From a virus (taxonomy: Duplodnaviria; Caudoviricetes), in the IMG/VR virus record IMGVR_UViG_3300009068_002792, positions 1 through 55,569 of that record: a DNA stretch of 55,569 bases; one strand, 5' to 3'. The notes beneath the pieces were generated by a model, which was not told the DNA's origin, did no database searches, and saw only the letters and a list, made by a program, of their open reading frames with translations. Positions 37,469 through 47,315 of the stretch are shown here, in pieces (position 1 is the stretch's first letter; every line of letters starts with the position of its first letter). The translations under genes and the position numbers were made by a program.

Positions 37469-38533
37469 TTATAGTTTTAAATCACCAAAATCATCATCAG
37501 AGATATCAGTTTTCCTTGCTCCGACCTTATAACTGGATATCTCTGTTTCTTGAGGAGCTACTTGAACTTTACTGCTATCTAGATAACTATCAAGCCAGCC
37601 AGCGATAGGATTATCCTTTTGATTAAAGATTTTCTTATAACCAAGGCTTCTGAGTCTAGAATCGCATAACCATTTAGAGTAACCATCGAGAACTTCTGCA
37701 TTCAAACCAAGTAAATTACCTTTACTAAATAGATATTTAGACCATTCGCTTTCATTTTTAGCTGCTTGTTCATAAAAAGCGTATATCTTGTCTTCGCTTT
37801 TCTTAACGATAGAAGTAAAACCTTCTTTATCTTCGTCTCTCAAAATTTTAAGTAAGTTTTGACTGACGGCAAAATGAAGTGCTTCATCTCTTTGAATAAA
37901 TTTAATAATTTTTGAATTACCTTCCATCTTACCACGATATCCAAAATAAAAAGAGCAAGCGAATGAAACATAAAATACAAGACCTTCCATTACATTAATA
38001 GAAAGAATAGCATCAAAAATCTTTTGTTTAGGATCTTTCTTTTCATCATCACCAAGAATTTTATCAAAGTTATTTCTAATTAACTCGGCGCGACTTGTAA
38101 TTTCTTTATCTTCCATAATACTATCAAAGAATTTAGTTGGGTCTGGATAAACATTATTTAATAGATAAGAATAAGAATAACTATGAATGCCTTCAAATTG
38201 AGCCCAAGTATTCATGCAAATTTCAAGTTCTGGATTACTCACATAATCTTTAAGAGAATGAATACTACGAGAAAGCATACTATCTCCAAGAGTTTGAAAT
38301 CTTAAATTACTATCAAATACAAATCTTTCTGTATCTGTTAAATTTTTATAATCGCTTCTATCTTTACCTAAAGCAATTTCATGTGGCCACCAGAAATTTT
38401 CATTTTGCTTTTTAAACAATTCAAAAAATATAGGATATTTAAAACGATCATATCTTTGTAGATTAAGATCTTCACCAAGAAATAATGGTTGTTTAGTAGT
38501 ATCTACATTTTTAAAATTTAAAACTGTTTTCAT
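37469..38533 (-). CDS. nrdB: Ribonucleotide reductase class Ia beta subunit
   Basis: FWWPHE, QTLGDS, FEGIHSYSY (E, H, radical Tyr), EGLVFYVSFACSF, RDEALH, VQVAPQETE. Confidence 0.96.
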   Translation of the reverse strand: MKTVLNFKNVDTTKQPLFLGEDLNLQRYDRFKYPIFFELFKKQNENFWWPHEIALGKDRSDYKNLTDTERFVFDSNLRFQTLGDSMLSRSIHSLKDYVSNPELEICMNTWAQFEGIHSYSYSYLLNNVYPDPTKFFDSIMEDKEITSRAELIRNNFDKILGDDEKKDPKQKIFDAILSINVMEGLVFYVSFACSFYFGYRGKMEGNSKIIKFIQRDEALHFAVSQNLLKILRDEDKEGFTSIVKKSEDKIYAFYEQAAKNESEWSKYLFSKGNLLGLNAEVLDGYSKWLCDSRLRSLGYKKIFNQKDNPIAGWLDSYLDSSKVQVAPQETEISSYKVGARKTDISDDDFGDLKL

Positions 38534-38536
38534 GGA

Positions 38537-40792
38537 CTATAATTTACACGCTCCACTTGAACAATCTCTATCTTCTTTTTGATTAAGTGATTGTTCTTTA
38601 TCTCCATCATCAGTATTATTATAATACAAACTAATTAAACCAAGGCTATATGCATACATTAGCTCTTTCATTACTTTAGCATCTGGTAATACATTGTTTT
38701 CATAATGACTATAATTGTAGTATACATTAGTTGATATGGCCATGTCAATATATTTTTGAATAACTGCATTAATTTTTAATAATCCAGTATTATCTTTAAG
38801 ATCATATGCTAGTTCATAATTTTCATCATACTTTCCAATTCCCGGAACTAGTACTGGTAGCTTGCCCATTTTGCTAGTTTTATAAGTAATAAGACTACGA
38901 ATTGGTTCAACTCCATTTGTTGATGATTGAATTACAGAACTACTTTCGCAAGGCATACAAGAAGATAATGTAGAATGTCTTAATCCAAATTCTTTGATAT
39001 CTTTTCTTAACTTATCCCAATCAAGAGATAATTTTCTTTTTACAATTTCATCAATCTTATTTTTGTAAGTATCAATTGGAAGAATGCCTTTAGAATATTT
39101 AGTATGATTAAATTTTTCGCACTTGCCTTTTTCTTTAGCTAATTCAACGCTACTTTTTAAGAGATAGTATTGAAAATGTTCCATCCATTCATCTATAATA
39201 TTTAATGATTTATCTGATGAATATTTTAATTCATTTTTAGCAAGAAAAGCTGCAAGATTAGTAATTCCAATCCCAAGGCTTCTACGTTTTTTAGCAAAAT
39301 TTTCAGCAGCAACATTAAAGTAATCTTGAAGTTCAATGATTTCATCAAGAAATCTTACGATAAGATCGCAAGTCTTTTCAAGATCTTGCCAGTTTTTTAT
39401 TTCTAGCATATTTACTGCCGAAAGAATACACATTCCAATTTCACCATCTTTATCGTGATAATCATTCAATGGAATGGTTGGATGAATAACTTCTGTGCAA
39501 AGATTACTCATAGTAACTTTATCAGACCAAGCTCCGTGTTCATTAGCATGATCTACATTAAGAATATAAATACGACCAGTTTCGACTCTTTCTTTAACTA
39601 TGAGAGAAAATAATTTACGAGCAGATACTTTCTTTTTAAGTTTTAGTTTCTTAGATTCACATTCCTTGTATACTTTATCAAAGTCTTTTGTTCCCCATGC
39701 TTCATAAAGTTCTGGAACTTCTGCATTATTAAATAGAGTAATATCTTCGTCTTTCAATACTCTATCGTAAAATAGTTTACTCATACCAACTGTATAATCA
39801 AGTTTGCGAACTCTGTTATCATCTGTTCCAGCGTTGTTCTTTAATACAACGACATCTTCAATCTCATAATGCCACCATTGAATATTACAAGTTGCGCTTC
39901 CACCTCGTAATCCATTTTGTTGCCAAGCTTTTACGCTACTTTCATAGATTTTTAAAAATGGAATTAAGCCAGTATGAACAACTTCGCCATTCTTAATAGG
40001 AGAACCAATAGCTCTGATTTTACTTATATCAATGCCAATTCCACATCTATTAGCAGTAGCCATACTAACAGCAGTAGCACTAGCTGTAATACTATCTTTA
40101 GTATCATCAACCCCAATCAAACAGCAACTAGCATAATTTCTACTTGAAGTTCTAACTCCTGCCATTACTGGAGTTGGTAAATTAATTTTATGCTTGCTAA
40201 TAGCATCGTAAAATTTTCTTACATAAGATAGTCTTGTCTCTACTGGATATTTAGCAAAAGCATATGCAGCAATTAATATATAAGCAAATTGTGGTGTTTC
40301 GTAAATCTTTCCAGTCACTCTATCTTTAATAAGATATTTATCGCATAATTGTTTTATACCAGCATATGTAAAATTATAATCTCTTTCGTGATCAATAAAT
40401 TCACCAAGTTTATTTATTTCATCTTCAGAATAATTTTCTAAAATAATAGGATCATATACTTTGTTCTTGATTCCTTGAGTTAAGAATTCTGATAGTCTTG
40501 GAGCATGTTTGCCTTTCCAAACATCTTTTCTTAATTGATAATTTAATAATCTTCCAGCAACAAATTGATAATTTGGTTTTTCAACAGAAATTAAATTCGC
40601 AGCACTTTCAATTAATAGATTATGAATTTCTTTTGTGGTAATACCTTCGTGAATATTTATTTTAGCGTTAATCTCAACATCAGTAAGACTTACATCACTC
40701 AAATCATTAACAGCCCATTCAATTACTTTGTTTATTTTTTCTATATTAAACTTTTCAGATGATCCATTTCTTTTTTTAATTTTTATATTCAT
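38537..40792 (-). CDS. nrdA: Ribonucleotide reductase class Ia alpha subunit with ATP cone
   Basis: IKKRNG ATP cone, YETPQ, PTPVMAG, SCCL, QNGLRGGSA, SNLCTE, MPCESSS, SLYY, C-terminal CSSGAC. Confidence 0.97.
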   Translation of the reverse strand: MNIKIKKRNGSSEKFNIEKINKVIEWAVNDLSDVSLTDVEINAKINIHEGITTKEIHNLLIESAANLISVEKPNYQFVAGRLLNYQLRKDVWKGKHAPRLSEFLTQGIKNKVYDPIILENYSEDEINKLGEFIDHERDYNFTYAGIKQLCDKYLIKDRVTGKIYETPQFAYILIAAYAFAKYPVETRLSYVRKFYDAISKHKINLPTPVMAGVRTSSRNYASCCLIGVDDTKDSITASATAVSMATANRCGIGIDISKIRAIGSPIKNGEVVHTGLIPFLKIYESSVKAWQQNGLRGGSATCNIQWWHYEIEDVVVLKNNAGTDDNRVRKLDYTVGMSKLFYDRVLKDEDITLFNNAEVPELYEAWGTKDFDKVYKECESKKLKLKKKVSARKLFSLIVKERVETGRIYILNVDHANEHGAWSDKVTMSNLCTEVIHPTIPLNDYHDKDGEIGMCILSAVNMLEIKNWQDLEKTCDLIVRFLDEIIELQDYFNVAAENFAKKRRSLGIGITNLAAFLAKNELKYSSDKSLNIIDEWMEHFQYYLLKSSVELAKEKGKCEKFNHTKYSKGILPIDTYKNKIDEIVKRKLSLDWDKLRKDIKEFGLRHSTLSSCMPCESSSVIQSSTNGVEPIRSLITYKTSKMGKLPVLVPGIGKYDENYELAYDLKDNTGLLKINAVIQKYIDMAISTNVYYNYSHYENNVLPDAKVMKELMYAYSLGLISLYYNNTDDGDKEQSLNQKEDRDCSSGACKL

Positions 40793-40873
40793 ACTTCAAT
40801 GTAACTAGTGTGAATCTTATATTACATTGATTTTGTTCTTCTGGAAAGAAAAAACCAGAAACTTACTAACAAT

Positions 40874-41224
40874 TTATTCAGAACGAGCTTTTGGGTGTAC
40901 TTTACCTTTTCGTTTTTTAGACCAATCTTTATAATATTTCTTTTTCACTGGATCTTCACCACCATAAAGTTTTTTTCTTTTATCAGAAAGCTCTTGACTT
41001 CTATCCCAAAGATCACCCATCGTACCTTTTTGTTTGCCAGTTAATTCAGAGAATTGTCTTGCAGTAGATTCAGCATGTAGTTTATCATGAGTATTAACTT
41101 CTGGAGCAGTAAAAACTCTGTCCCATTTAATTCCATCTTCAGAATATTCATGAATATCATGCACACTTTGTATAATTTCTTTTACTTTACCAGTTTTAGG
41201 ATTTTGATATAAATAGATTGGCAT
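40874..41224 (-). CDS. FmdB-like small protein (no Cys)
   Basis: MPIYLY...G...E..QSVHD...WDRVFTAP pattern. Confidence 0.55.
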   Translation of the reverse strand: MPIYLYQNPKTGKVKEIIQSVHDIHEYSEDGIKWDRVFTAPEVNTHDKLHAESTARQFSELTGKQKGTMGDLWDRSQELSDKRKKLYGGEDPVKKKYYKDWSKKRKGKVHPKARSE

Positions 41225-41225
41225 A

Positions 41226-42317
41226 TTAGCTATTGATGATATTTAGAACATCATTTGCAAATTTTTCAGAGGTAAATTTATCTTGTAATTTTAATCCTTC
41301 AGAATTTAGTTTATTTGATTTAACTCTTTCGATTGCTTTTTCACATCCAGCAATAAATTCTTCATCATCAAATATAAAAATATTACCTTGATTAAATGGT
41401 TGGCCTTTATGAAAAAACATATTGTCTACTGCTTCAATCTTCGAAGAAGGTTCAACAAGAATTGAATTATCTTTATTAGCCCAATCTTTATATGAATGAG
41501 CATTTAAAATAATTGCATGTTTACCGATAGCAACAGAATGAAATTCTGGTAATCCCCAACCTTCTCCACCACTCATTCCAATAATAATATCTGCACTATT
41601 GAGATAATCATTATACATAGCATTTTTAGGCATATGTCCAATAAATGAAATATTAAAATATTGTTTACCCTCTAAAATGGAATTTAGTAAAGCCTTATTA
41701 TCTTCTTCTTTTAAGAATGGATTATAAATAGAACATTGCAAATGATATCTGGAATCATTACCAAATTTCTTAACCCAAGCTTGAATTACTTTCTTATGAT
41801 TTTTCCTTTTCTCTAGCTTACCTACAAGGTTAAAAACTATACGATCATCAGAGAAATATTTCTTTTCTAATCTTTTAAAATTATATTTATCAAAAGCTAA
41901 TGGTAAGAATTCTACATTAGAACATCCAAACATTTTGAATGTGTCAACAGTATAATTAGAAGAAAACAAAACCTTGTCTTGATTCTTAACAATATTTATT
42001 TCTTCTTTAGTAGGATTATCTAATTCATAAAATGAAAGAAGATATCTTTTATTTGATGGTGCGTCCAATGATCCATTTAGATGCCAAAGTTTAAATGCTG
42101 GGTCAGTTCTTTTTATCTTAGAAATAAAATCCGCTGTACGAGCTTGAATGAAATTGAAAAAACCTTCATCCGATTCTTGAGTAGATAGGTCATATCTATC
42201 GCCAATCGGATAAAGGATAAAATCGTTTAAATTTTTTTTATACAACTCTCTTAAAAGAAGAGTTGAAACTTGTCCAAAACTAACAGAGTTTACAGGCAAG
42301 TTTAGAGTGAAACTCAT
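41226..42317 (-). CDS. Glycosyltransferase family 4
   Basis: VGKLEKRKN and SGGEGWGLPEF. Confidence 0.85.
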   Translation of the reverse strand: MSFTLNLPVNSVSFGQVSTLLLRELYKKNLNDFILYPIGDRYDLSTQESDEGFFNFIQARTADFISKIKRTDPAFKLWHLNGSLDAPSNKRYLLSFYELDNPTKEEINIVKNQDKVLFSSNYTVDTFKMFGCSNVEFLPLAFDKYNFKRLEKKYFSDDRIVFNLVGKLEKRKNHKKVIQAWVKKFGNDSRYHLQCSIYNPFLKEEDNKALLNSILEGKQYFNISFIGHMPKNAMYNDYLNSADIIIGMSGGEGWGLPEFHSVAIGKHAIILNAHSYKDWANKDNSILVEPSSKIEAVDNMFFHKGQPFNQGNIFIFDDEEFIAGCEKAIERVKSNKLNSEGLKLQDKFTSEKFANDVLNIINS

Positions 42318-42613
42318 AGAATATCGTCTTCGACCTCTTCTATTACTGGTTTACTCTTTTGAACTGGCTTAACTGGAGCTTTAGCTTGAGTTGGGGCTGA
42401 AGTTTTAGATTCTAGAGGTTTAGAAACATAGAGTCTATAATCTGGAGCCTTTTCATTGGTCTTCTTGCTATTAGCGAAAACTACAACATCAATTCTTTGT
42501 CCATCGTGATCATTTATATAACCAGATAGAAAAGACATTCCTGTTTTACTTTTCTTTTTCCAAAGTGCGCCAAGTTCATTTTGGTTTTTATTTGTGTTTG
42601 TATTTGTACTCAT
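42314..42613 (-). CDS. DUF736-like putative ssDNA-binding protein
   Basis: GALWKK.SK.G..FLSG.I, KAPDYR, flexible linker, acidic tail EEVEDDIL. Confidence 0.6.
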   Translation of the reverse strand: MSTNTNTNKNQNELGALWKKKSKTGMSFLSGYINDHDGQRIDVVVFANSKKTNEKAPDYRLYVSKPLESKTSAPTQAKAPVKPVQKSKPVIEEVEDDIL

Positions 42614-42634
42614 AGAAATATTATAGATTATTTA

Positions 42635-43225
42635 TTATATTTTGTCAGACGAAATATCACTAGATATTTTTTTATTAAGAAAGGATAACGCTTTATTATG
42701 AATATTAATGACTGTTTGGGTGCTTATATGCATTTTCTTACCTATCTTATTCCAAGGTTGAATTTTCCTATCAGAGAAATATCTTAAATTAAATATCTCT
42801 TTAACTCTAGAATCTGACATTTGATCAAGAATATTGAAAATTAAATCTACTTTTTCTTTATTAAGTAATGCATTATCAATTTGTTTGGATTGATTGTTTT
42901 CAGTAATATATTTGATATTTTCATTTTCCATAGATACATCTTTGCTCTGTTTATTAAATGTATTTAAACAATGATATCTCATTTGATTGCCTAACCAAGT
43001 AGAGAATTTAATCTTTTTATTACTTTTAAAACTTAAAGCAGACCTATATACTACATAAATTTTTTCAGAATTGAGATCTTCTAAAGATACTCCAATATCA
43101 TAACAGACCTTACAGTATTTTTGAAGCATTTTATTGCAGATACCTTGATGTCTTGAATAAAGTTCTAGCAAACTTTGTTCGCAATTATTTTTCTTGATCT
43201 TTTGAACTAGCTGTAAGTCTGTCAT
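42635..43225 (-). CDS. sigma70-family RNA polymerase sigma factor
   Basis: TD.QLV..., region 2 (SLEDL...F......KFSTW), region 4 HTH (KEIFNLRYF...W.KIG..MHIS.QTV..IH.KAL..L). Confidence 0.8.
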   Translation of the reverse strand: MTDLQLVQKIKKNNCEQSLLELYSRHQGICNKMLQKYCKVCYDIGVSLEDLNSEKIYVVYRSALSFKSNKKIKFSTWLGNQMRYHCLNTFNKQSKDVSMENENIKYITENNQSKQIDNALLNKEKVDLIFNILDQMSDSRVKEIFNLRYFSDRKIQPWNKIGKKMHISTQTVINIHNKALSFLNKKISSDISSDKI

Positions 43226-43787
43226 ATATATTCCTTAAATTCTTTTGAATCAACTCGTATAAGAAGTTTGTATCTTGACAAGTTTCCCAACATATAGCAA
43301 AATCAGCGACAGCTTTTAATTTATTGTCGTTAGATTTTTCTTCTATATTAGCTGGAGGTACTAAGCTACCATCATCAAGCTTTCTAGACAAGTGAATCAA
43401 AATGCCATTATGAGATTTAATCCATGAATATTCATCTTCTTTATATTCTATATATCTCACATCAGTTATAATTGGAACAATGTTTTCTTCTTTAAGTTCT
43501 TTTACTTTATCATCTAATAAAGAGGTCCAATACTTTCCTTCAGTTTGAACTCTTCTGCATTTTCCATAAGCTACCATTAAAGGTCTTACTAACTCTTTTT
43601 CTTGACCTTCACATTTAAATAAGTCAATTTTAAATTTTTCTTTAGTGAACTCATTAAGCTCTTTTTTCAAGTCATCAGCAAAAGCTAATCTTTGAGACTT
43701 AATTTGTCTTTCTTCTAGGTATTTTTTCAAAATAGAGTAGAATGTGTCTTTACCACATCTGGCTACACCCGTTATGCCTATAATCAT
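43185..43787 (-). CDS. Deoxynucleoside monophosphate kinase
   Basis: IIGITGVARCGKDT P-loop, AFADDLK, RPLMV.YG, IITDVRY. Start reassigned. Confidence 0.85.
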   Translation of the reverse strand: MIIGITGVARCGKDTFYSILKKYLEERQIKSQRLAFADDLKKELNEFTKEKFKIDLFKCEGQEKELVRPLMVAYGKCRRVQTEGKYWTSLLDDKVKELKEENIVPIITDVRYIEYKEDEYSWIKSHNGILIHLSRKLDDGSLVPPANIEEKSNDNKLKAVADFAICWETCQDTNFLYELIQKNLRNIYDRLTASSKDQEK

Positions 43788-43793
43788 AACTCC

Positions 43794-43822
43794 CACATTA
43801 CCATACATAAATATACTTGTCA
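43794..43822 (-). promoter_or_regulatory. sigma70-type promoter at the strand-switch point
   Basis: TTGACA-17 nt-TAATGT, 6 nt before the ATG at 43787. Confidence 0.6.
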
Positions 43823-43851
43823 AGGTTTTTATTATATTATATAATATTATT

Positions 43852-44202
43852 ATGGATTTAATATTAGCAGGCTCATTATCAGCTTTTGCACTATTTGTAT
43901 GGTTTAAGACTAATTTCTTATATGAATATGTTAAATTATTTAAATTAAATAAATCAAAATTAATTCAAGAGTACGAAGCGTTTATTAAGATAACTCAACT
44001 TAATTTCTCTGAATTTCTTGGTTTCAAGAATACTTTCTTTTTTAAACTTATAAGTTGCCCATTATGTTTGAATTTTTGGTTTAATTTATCTCTAGTATTA
44101 TTTTTTGAATTTCCATTATACTATATTGGGTTATTATATGTAATATCTATTATGGAATATATGATATTGAGTATAGTTTTATCTAAATATGAAAACAACT
44201 GA
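43852..44202 (+). CDS. Membrane protein with CxxC (DUF1360-like)
   Basis: Hydrophobic, LISCPLCLNFW. Start reassigned. Confidence 0.6.
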   Translation: MDLILAGSLSAFALFVWFKTNFLYEYVKLFKLNKSKLIQEYEAFIKITQLNFSEFLGFKNTFFFKLISCPLCLNFWFNLSLVLFFEFPLYYIGLLYVISIMEYMILSIVLSKYENN

Positions 44203-44476
44203 ATTTAAGACAATTAAAGATTTTGTTGATTTTTTAAGTAAAAATATAGCTAATTCCAAATTATCAGATTTAATTTCAATAATAGATTATTATAATGGTA
44301 GTTTAGGTGGTTGCGGTTGCAGTAGAAATAAAAGAGTCCAAACACTAATAGACATATTTAATTACAAGATATTGAATTTAAATGCAGATTCTGCTCAAGA
44401 AATTAAAATATTAACCACTTCAGATATACTTATTTTCTATAAAGATAATACTCAAGAAATTCTAAAACAATTTTAA
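44189..44476 (+). CDS. Hypothetical protein (GCGC..R motif)
   Basis: 95 aa ORF. Confidence 0.6.
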   Translation: MKTTEFKTIKDFVDFLSKNIANSKLSDLISIIDYYNGSLGGCGCSRNKRVQTLIDIFNYKILNLNADSAQEIKILTTSDILIFYKDNTQEILKQF

Positions 44477-44505
44477 TTGACAAGTATATATAAGTCATTT
44501 AATAT
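44477..44505 (+). promoter_or_regulatory. sigma70-type promoter (leaderless)
   Basis: TTGACA-17 nt-TAATAT, 6 nt before the ATG at 44512. Confidence 0.7.
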
Positions 44506-44511
44506 TAGGTT

Positions 44512-45609
44512 ATGTTTAAAACCGCTTTAAGTTACGATGATATATCTTTGCTACCCAATTTCTCTGATATCAATTCAAGAAAAGAAGTAGATACAACCAC
44601 TAAAATTTCAAGACATTTCCAAATCAAACTTCCAATTATATTATCTCCGATGGATACAGTATCATCTGTAAAATCATGTATTAAGTTAAATAAACTTGGG
44701 GGCGCTGGAGTTCTTCATCGTTTCATGTCGGTAGAAGATCAAAGAAGCAAAGCTAAATTCATTAAAGATGAAAGCAATCTTTGCATAACAGCAATTGGAT
44801 TAAGGGATGCCGAGGAAAGAATTCGTGCGACTAGCACTTATACAGATATTTACTTTTTAGATACAGCAAATGGTTTAGCTAAGAATGTGGAAGATTTTCT
44901 TAGATGGTATAAAACATCTGGATTTTCACAAGATGTAATTGTTGGAAATACCTTAACAAAAGAAAGCGTTTATAGATTAGCAAACCTTAAAGCAGATGGT
45001 TTTAGGCATCTTATTGGGCCGGGGTCAATGTGTCTTACTCAAGTTAAAACTGGTATTTGGTGTCCAAGTTTAACTGGTAATTTTTATGCATGGAAAGCAG
45101 TAAGAAACTGGGAGTTATCTCAAGTAGATTTATTTAAACAAGATAAACCAAATCCAGAAAATCGCCCAAGTATTCTTGCAGATGGAGGTATTCGTTATCC
45201 TAAAGATCTTGTTAAAGCTATTGCTAGTGGTTGCGATGCTGTAATTTGTGGAAGAATATTCGCTGGACTACTTGATGTTGTAGATGATGAAAATATTATT
45301 GAAAAAGATGGAAAGCTATTCGCTAAATACAGAGGAATGGCAAGTAAGGATGTAGTAGAGGATTATGAACTTCACGATGGAACAAAGAAAAATCTTTTTG
45401 TTGAAGGTGATAATACCTTGATTCCAATCAATCAAAGTGTTACAATAGAGGATGTTGTATATGATTTTATTAATGGACTTAGAAGCGCTATGAGTTATCT
45501 AGGGTTTAGATCTTTACAAGATATGCGAGGAGGATTATGGCTTGATACAATCAAAGCCGTTCAAGTAACATCTAATGCGATGTATGAAGGAGTAGCTCAT
45601 GGAAAATAA
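44512..45609 (+). CDS. GMP reductase / IMP dehydrogenase family, no CBS domains
   Basis: LSYDDI.LLP, SPMDTV, GVLHRF, IGPGSMCLT (catalytic Cys), LADGGIR...D.VKA, YRGMAS, VEG, GLRSAMSY.G. Confidence 0.9.
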   Translation: MFKTALSYDDISLLPNFSDINSRKEVDTTTKISRHFQIKLPIILSPMDTVSSVKSCIKLNKLGGAGVLHRFMSVEDQRSKAKFIKDESNLCITAIGLRDAEERIRATSTYTDIYFLDTANGLAKNVEDFLRWYKTSGFSQDVIVGNTLTKESVYRLANLKADGFRHLIGPGSMCLTQVKTGIWCPSLTGNFYAWKAVRNWELSQVDLFKQDKPNPENRPSILADGGIRYPKDLVKAIASGCDAVICGRIFAGLLDVVDDENIIEKDGKLFAKYRGMASKDVVEDYELHDGTKKNLFVEGDNTLIPINQSVTIEDVVYDFINGLRSAMSYLGFRSLQDMRGGLWLDTIKAVQVTSNAMYEGVAHGK

Positions 45610-45919
45610 AGAAATTAAATTCTACGATATTATTAAATATATTATTATAATTTTTATTTTTGCTTGGAGTAACTCCTCAGCAAAAGCACAAGCATGCAAA
45701 CCTCAGTCGTGTTTAGAGAGAGGCATGGATTATCATATTTTAAAAACTCAATATAATTCCAATTTTCAAATGGTCAAAATGCTGGAAAATCAAAAAAGCT
45801 CTTTAACAGTTATGAAACCAAACGAATCTATTCAAAGGTCTAGAATTCAAGCTGTGATCGGTGCAAAAGAACAAGAGAATTTTAGATTACAAAGAAAAAT
45901 GGATTATTTGACGAAATGA
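45599..45919 (+). CDS. Putative secreted/membrane protein
   Basis: N-terminal hydrophobic signal-like segment ending AKA. Confidence 0.55.
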   Translation: MENKEIKFYDIIKYIIIIFIFAWSNSSAKAQACKPQSCLERGMDYHILKTQYNSNFQMVKMLENQKSSLTVMKPNESIQRSRIQAVIGAKEQENFRLQRKMDYLTK

Positions 45920-45920
45920 T

Positions 45921-46577
45921 ATGTATGATTATTTGATAATATCTGATATCCATCTTGGAGATAAAGATTGCAAATCAGAAGATTTACTTAAAGTTTTTAA
46001 AAAGTATAAAGCAAAAACAATTATAATTGCTGGTGATCTTTTTGATCATCATAATTTGCACAGATTAAAAGGCAGTCATTGGAAAGTTCTTTCTAAATTA
46101 AGAAAGCTTTCAAAGAAACACAAGGTAATTTACTTAATTGGCAATCATTGTTTTTTAAAAGCAGAGTTTATGAGCATACTTCTTGGATTCTATTGTGCAA
46201 ATGAGCATATTATAGAATATAATGATCAAAAGATTTTAGTTGTTCATGGAGATATTTTCGACATTTATTTCACAAAATATAAAGCAATTACTAATTTTAT
46301 AATTAAATTATATTATCTTGTTAGAAAATTCACACCATATGCAGATAACTTTTTTAGATTCTTTAAAGCCAGAACTAATGATTTTGTAGAAAAAAGTGGA
46401 GATGTTAAAAAGAATGCTTTGAAATATATTGAACTTAATGGTTATGATAAAGTCATTTGCGGTCACACTCATATGCCTAATCAAGATGAAAATTATATAA
46501 ATCTTGGAAGTTTTTGTGAATCAAAATCTTCTTTTGTTACAATAAAGAAAAAAGAAATAAAATTAAATTATATATGA
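45921..46577 (+). CDS. Calcineurin-like metallophosphoesterase (LpxH-related)
   Basis: ISDIHLG, GDLFD, GNH, HGD.FD, CGHTH, Y.NLGS. Confidence 0.85.
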   Translation: MYDYLIISDIHLGDKDCKSEDLLKVFKKYKAKTIIIAGDLFDHHNLHRLKGSHWKVLSKLRKLSKKHKVIYLIGNHCFLKAEFMSILLGFYCANEHIIEYNDQKILVVHGDIFDIYFTKYKAITNFIIKLYYLVRKFTPYADNFFRFFKARTNDFVEKSGDVKKNALKYIELNGYDKVICGHTHMPNQDENYINLGSFCESKSSFVTIKKKEIKLNYI

Positions 46578-46987
46578 GAATTTCATTTGAACATATGGCA
46601 GTTAAATTTGCGCTAGATGCTTCTTTAAGATCAGAAGATCCACATAAAAAAGTTGGTTGCTCTATATTAAATAACGAAGGTAGATTATTGAGTATTGGAT
46701 ATAATGGATTACTTCCAAAGCAAGAGGTATCTCAAGATTTTTGGGAAAATAGAGATGAAAGAAGAAAATACGTTATTCATGCAGAAACAAATGCATTAGC
46801 TTGTATATCTAGATATGAACAACCTTATATTATGGCTTGCACATTATTACCTTGCCCAAGCTGTGCAATTAACGTTATCTCTCATGGGATTAAAAAAGTT
46901 TTGTATATTGAAGAATATGAAAGAGATAATTTAGCTCACGAAATATTTGATTTTCATAAAGTTTCTTTAAAAAAGATCAGTATTTGA
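46574..46987 (+). CDS. dCMP deaminase
   Basis: RSED...KVGC, GYNG, HAE.NAL, PC.SC. Confidence 0.9.
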   Translation: MRISFEHMAVKFALDASLRSEDPHKKVGCSILNNEGRLLSIGYNGLLPKQEVSQDFWENRDERRKYVIHAETNALACISRYEQPYIMACTLLPCPSCAINVISHGIKKVLYIEEYERDNLAHEIFDFHKVSLKKISI

Positions 46988-46999
46988 GTATAATATATT

Positions 47000-47170
47000 A
47001 TGACAGAAGATAAACAGCAGCAAATCATTCATTTACTTAATCAAATTATTGAAGCAGCTTTATTTCAAGATTTAATTGATAATGGTAAAAAAATGGACGG
47101 TGAAACTTGGCAAGTTCATCACTTAAGACTTTTAAGAGGATTGATACAAGATTATTTTAATGAAAAATAA
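47000..47170 (+). CDS. Small hypothetical protein (56 aa)
   Basis: Manual translation MTEDKQQQIIHLL...YFNEK*; fills a gap between genes. Confidence 0.55.
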   Translation: MTEDKQQQIIHLLNQIIEAALFQDLIDNGKKMDGETWQVHHLRLLRGLIQDYFNEK

Positions 47171-47315
47171 AAACAAATATTATGGCATTTACTCAAAGAA
47201 TGATAATTTCTTATATGGAGTATTTCCACTAAGTAAAGATGGCCACGAAAAAGCTAAAAATTATATCTCAAAAATTTCTAAAAATAAAAATGACTACTAC
47301 ATCAAGAAGAAATAA
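47160..47315 (+). CDS. Small basic hypothetical protein (51 aa)
   Basis: Manual translation MKNKNKYYGIYSK...YGVFPLSKDG...*. Confidence 0.5.
   Translation: MKNKNKYYGIYSKNDNFLYGVFPLSKDGHEKAKNYISKISKNKNDYYIKKK

Noticed and set aside
37469-40792. Introns/inteins or a non-canonical RNR class
   Set aside because: nrdA and nrdB are uninterrupted, of normal length, with class Ia ligands and the radical Tyr
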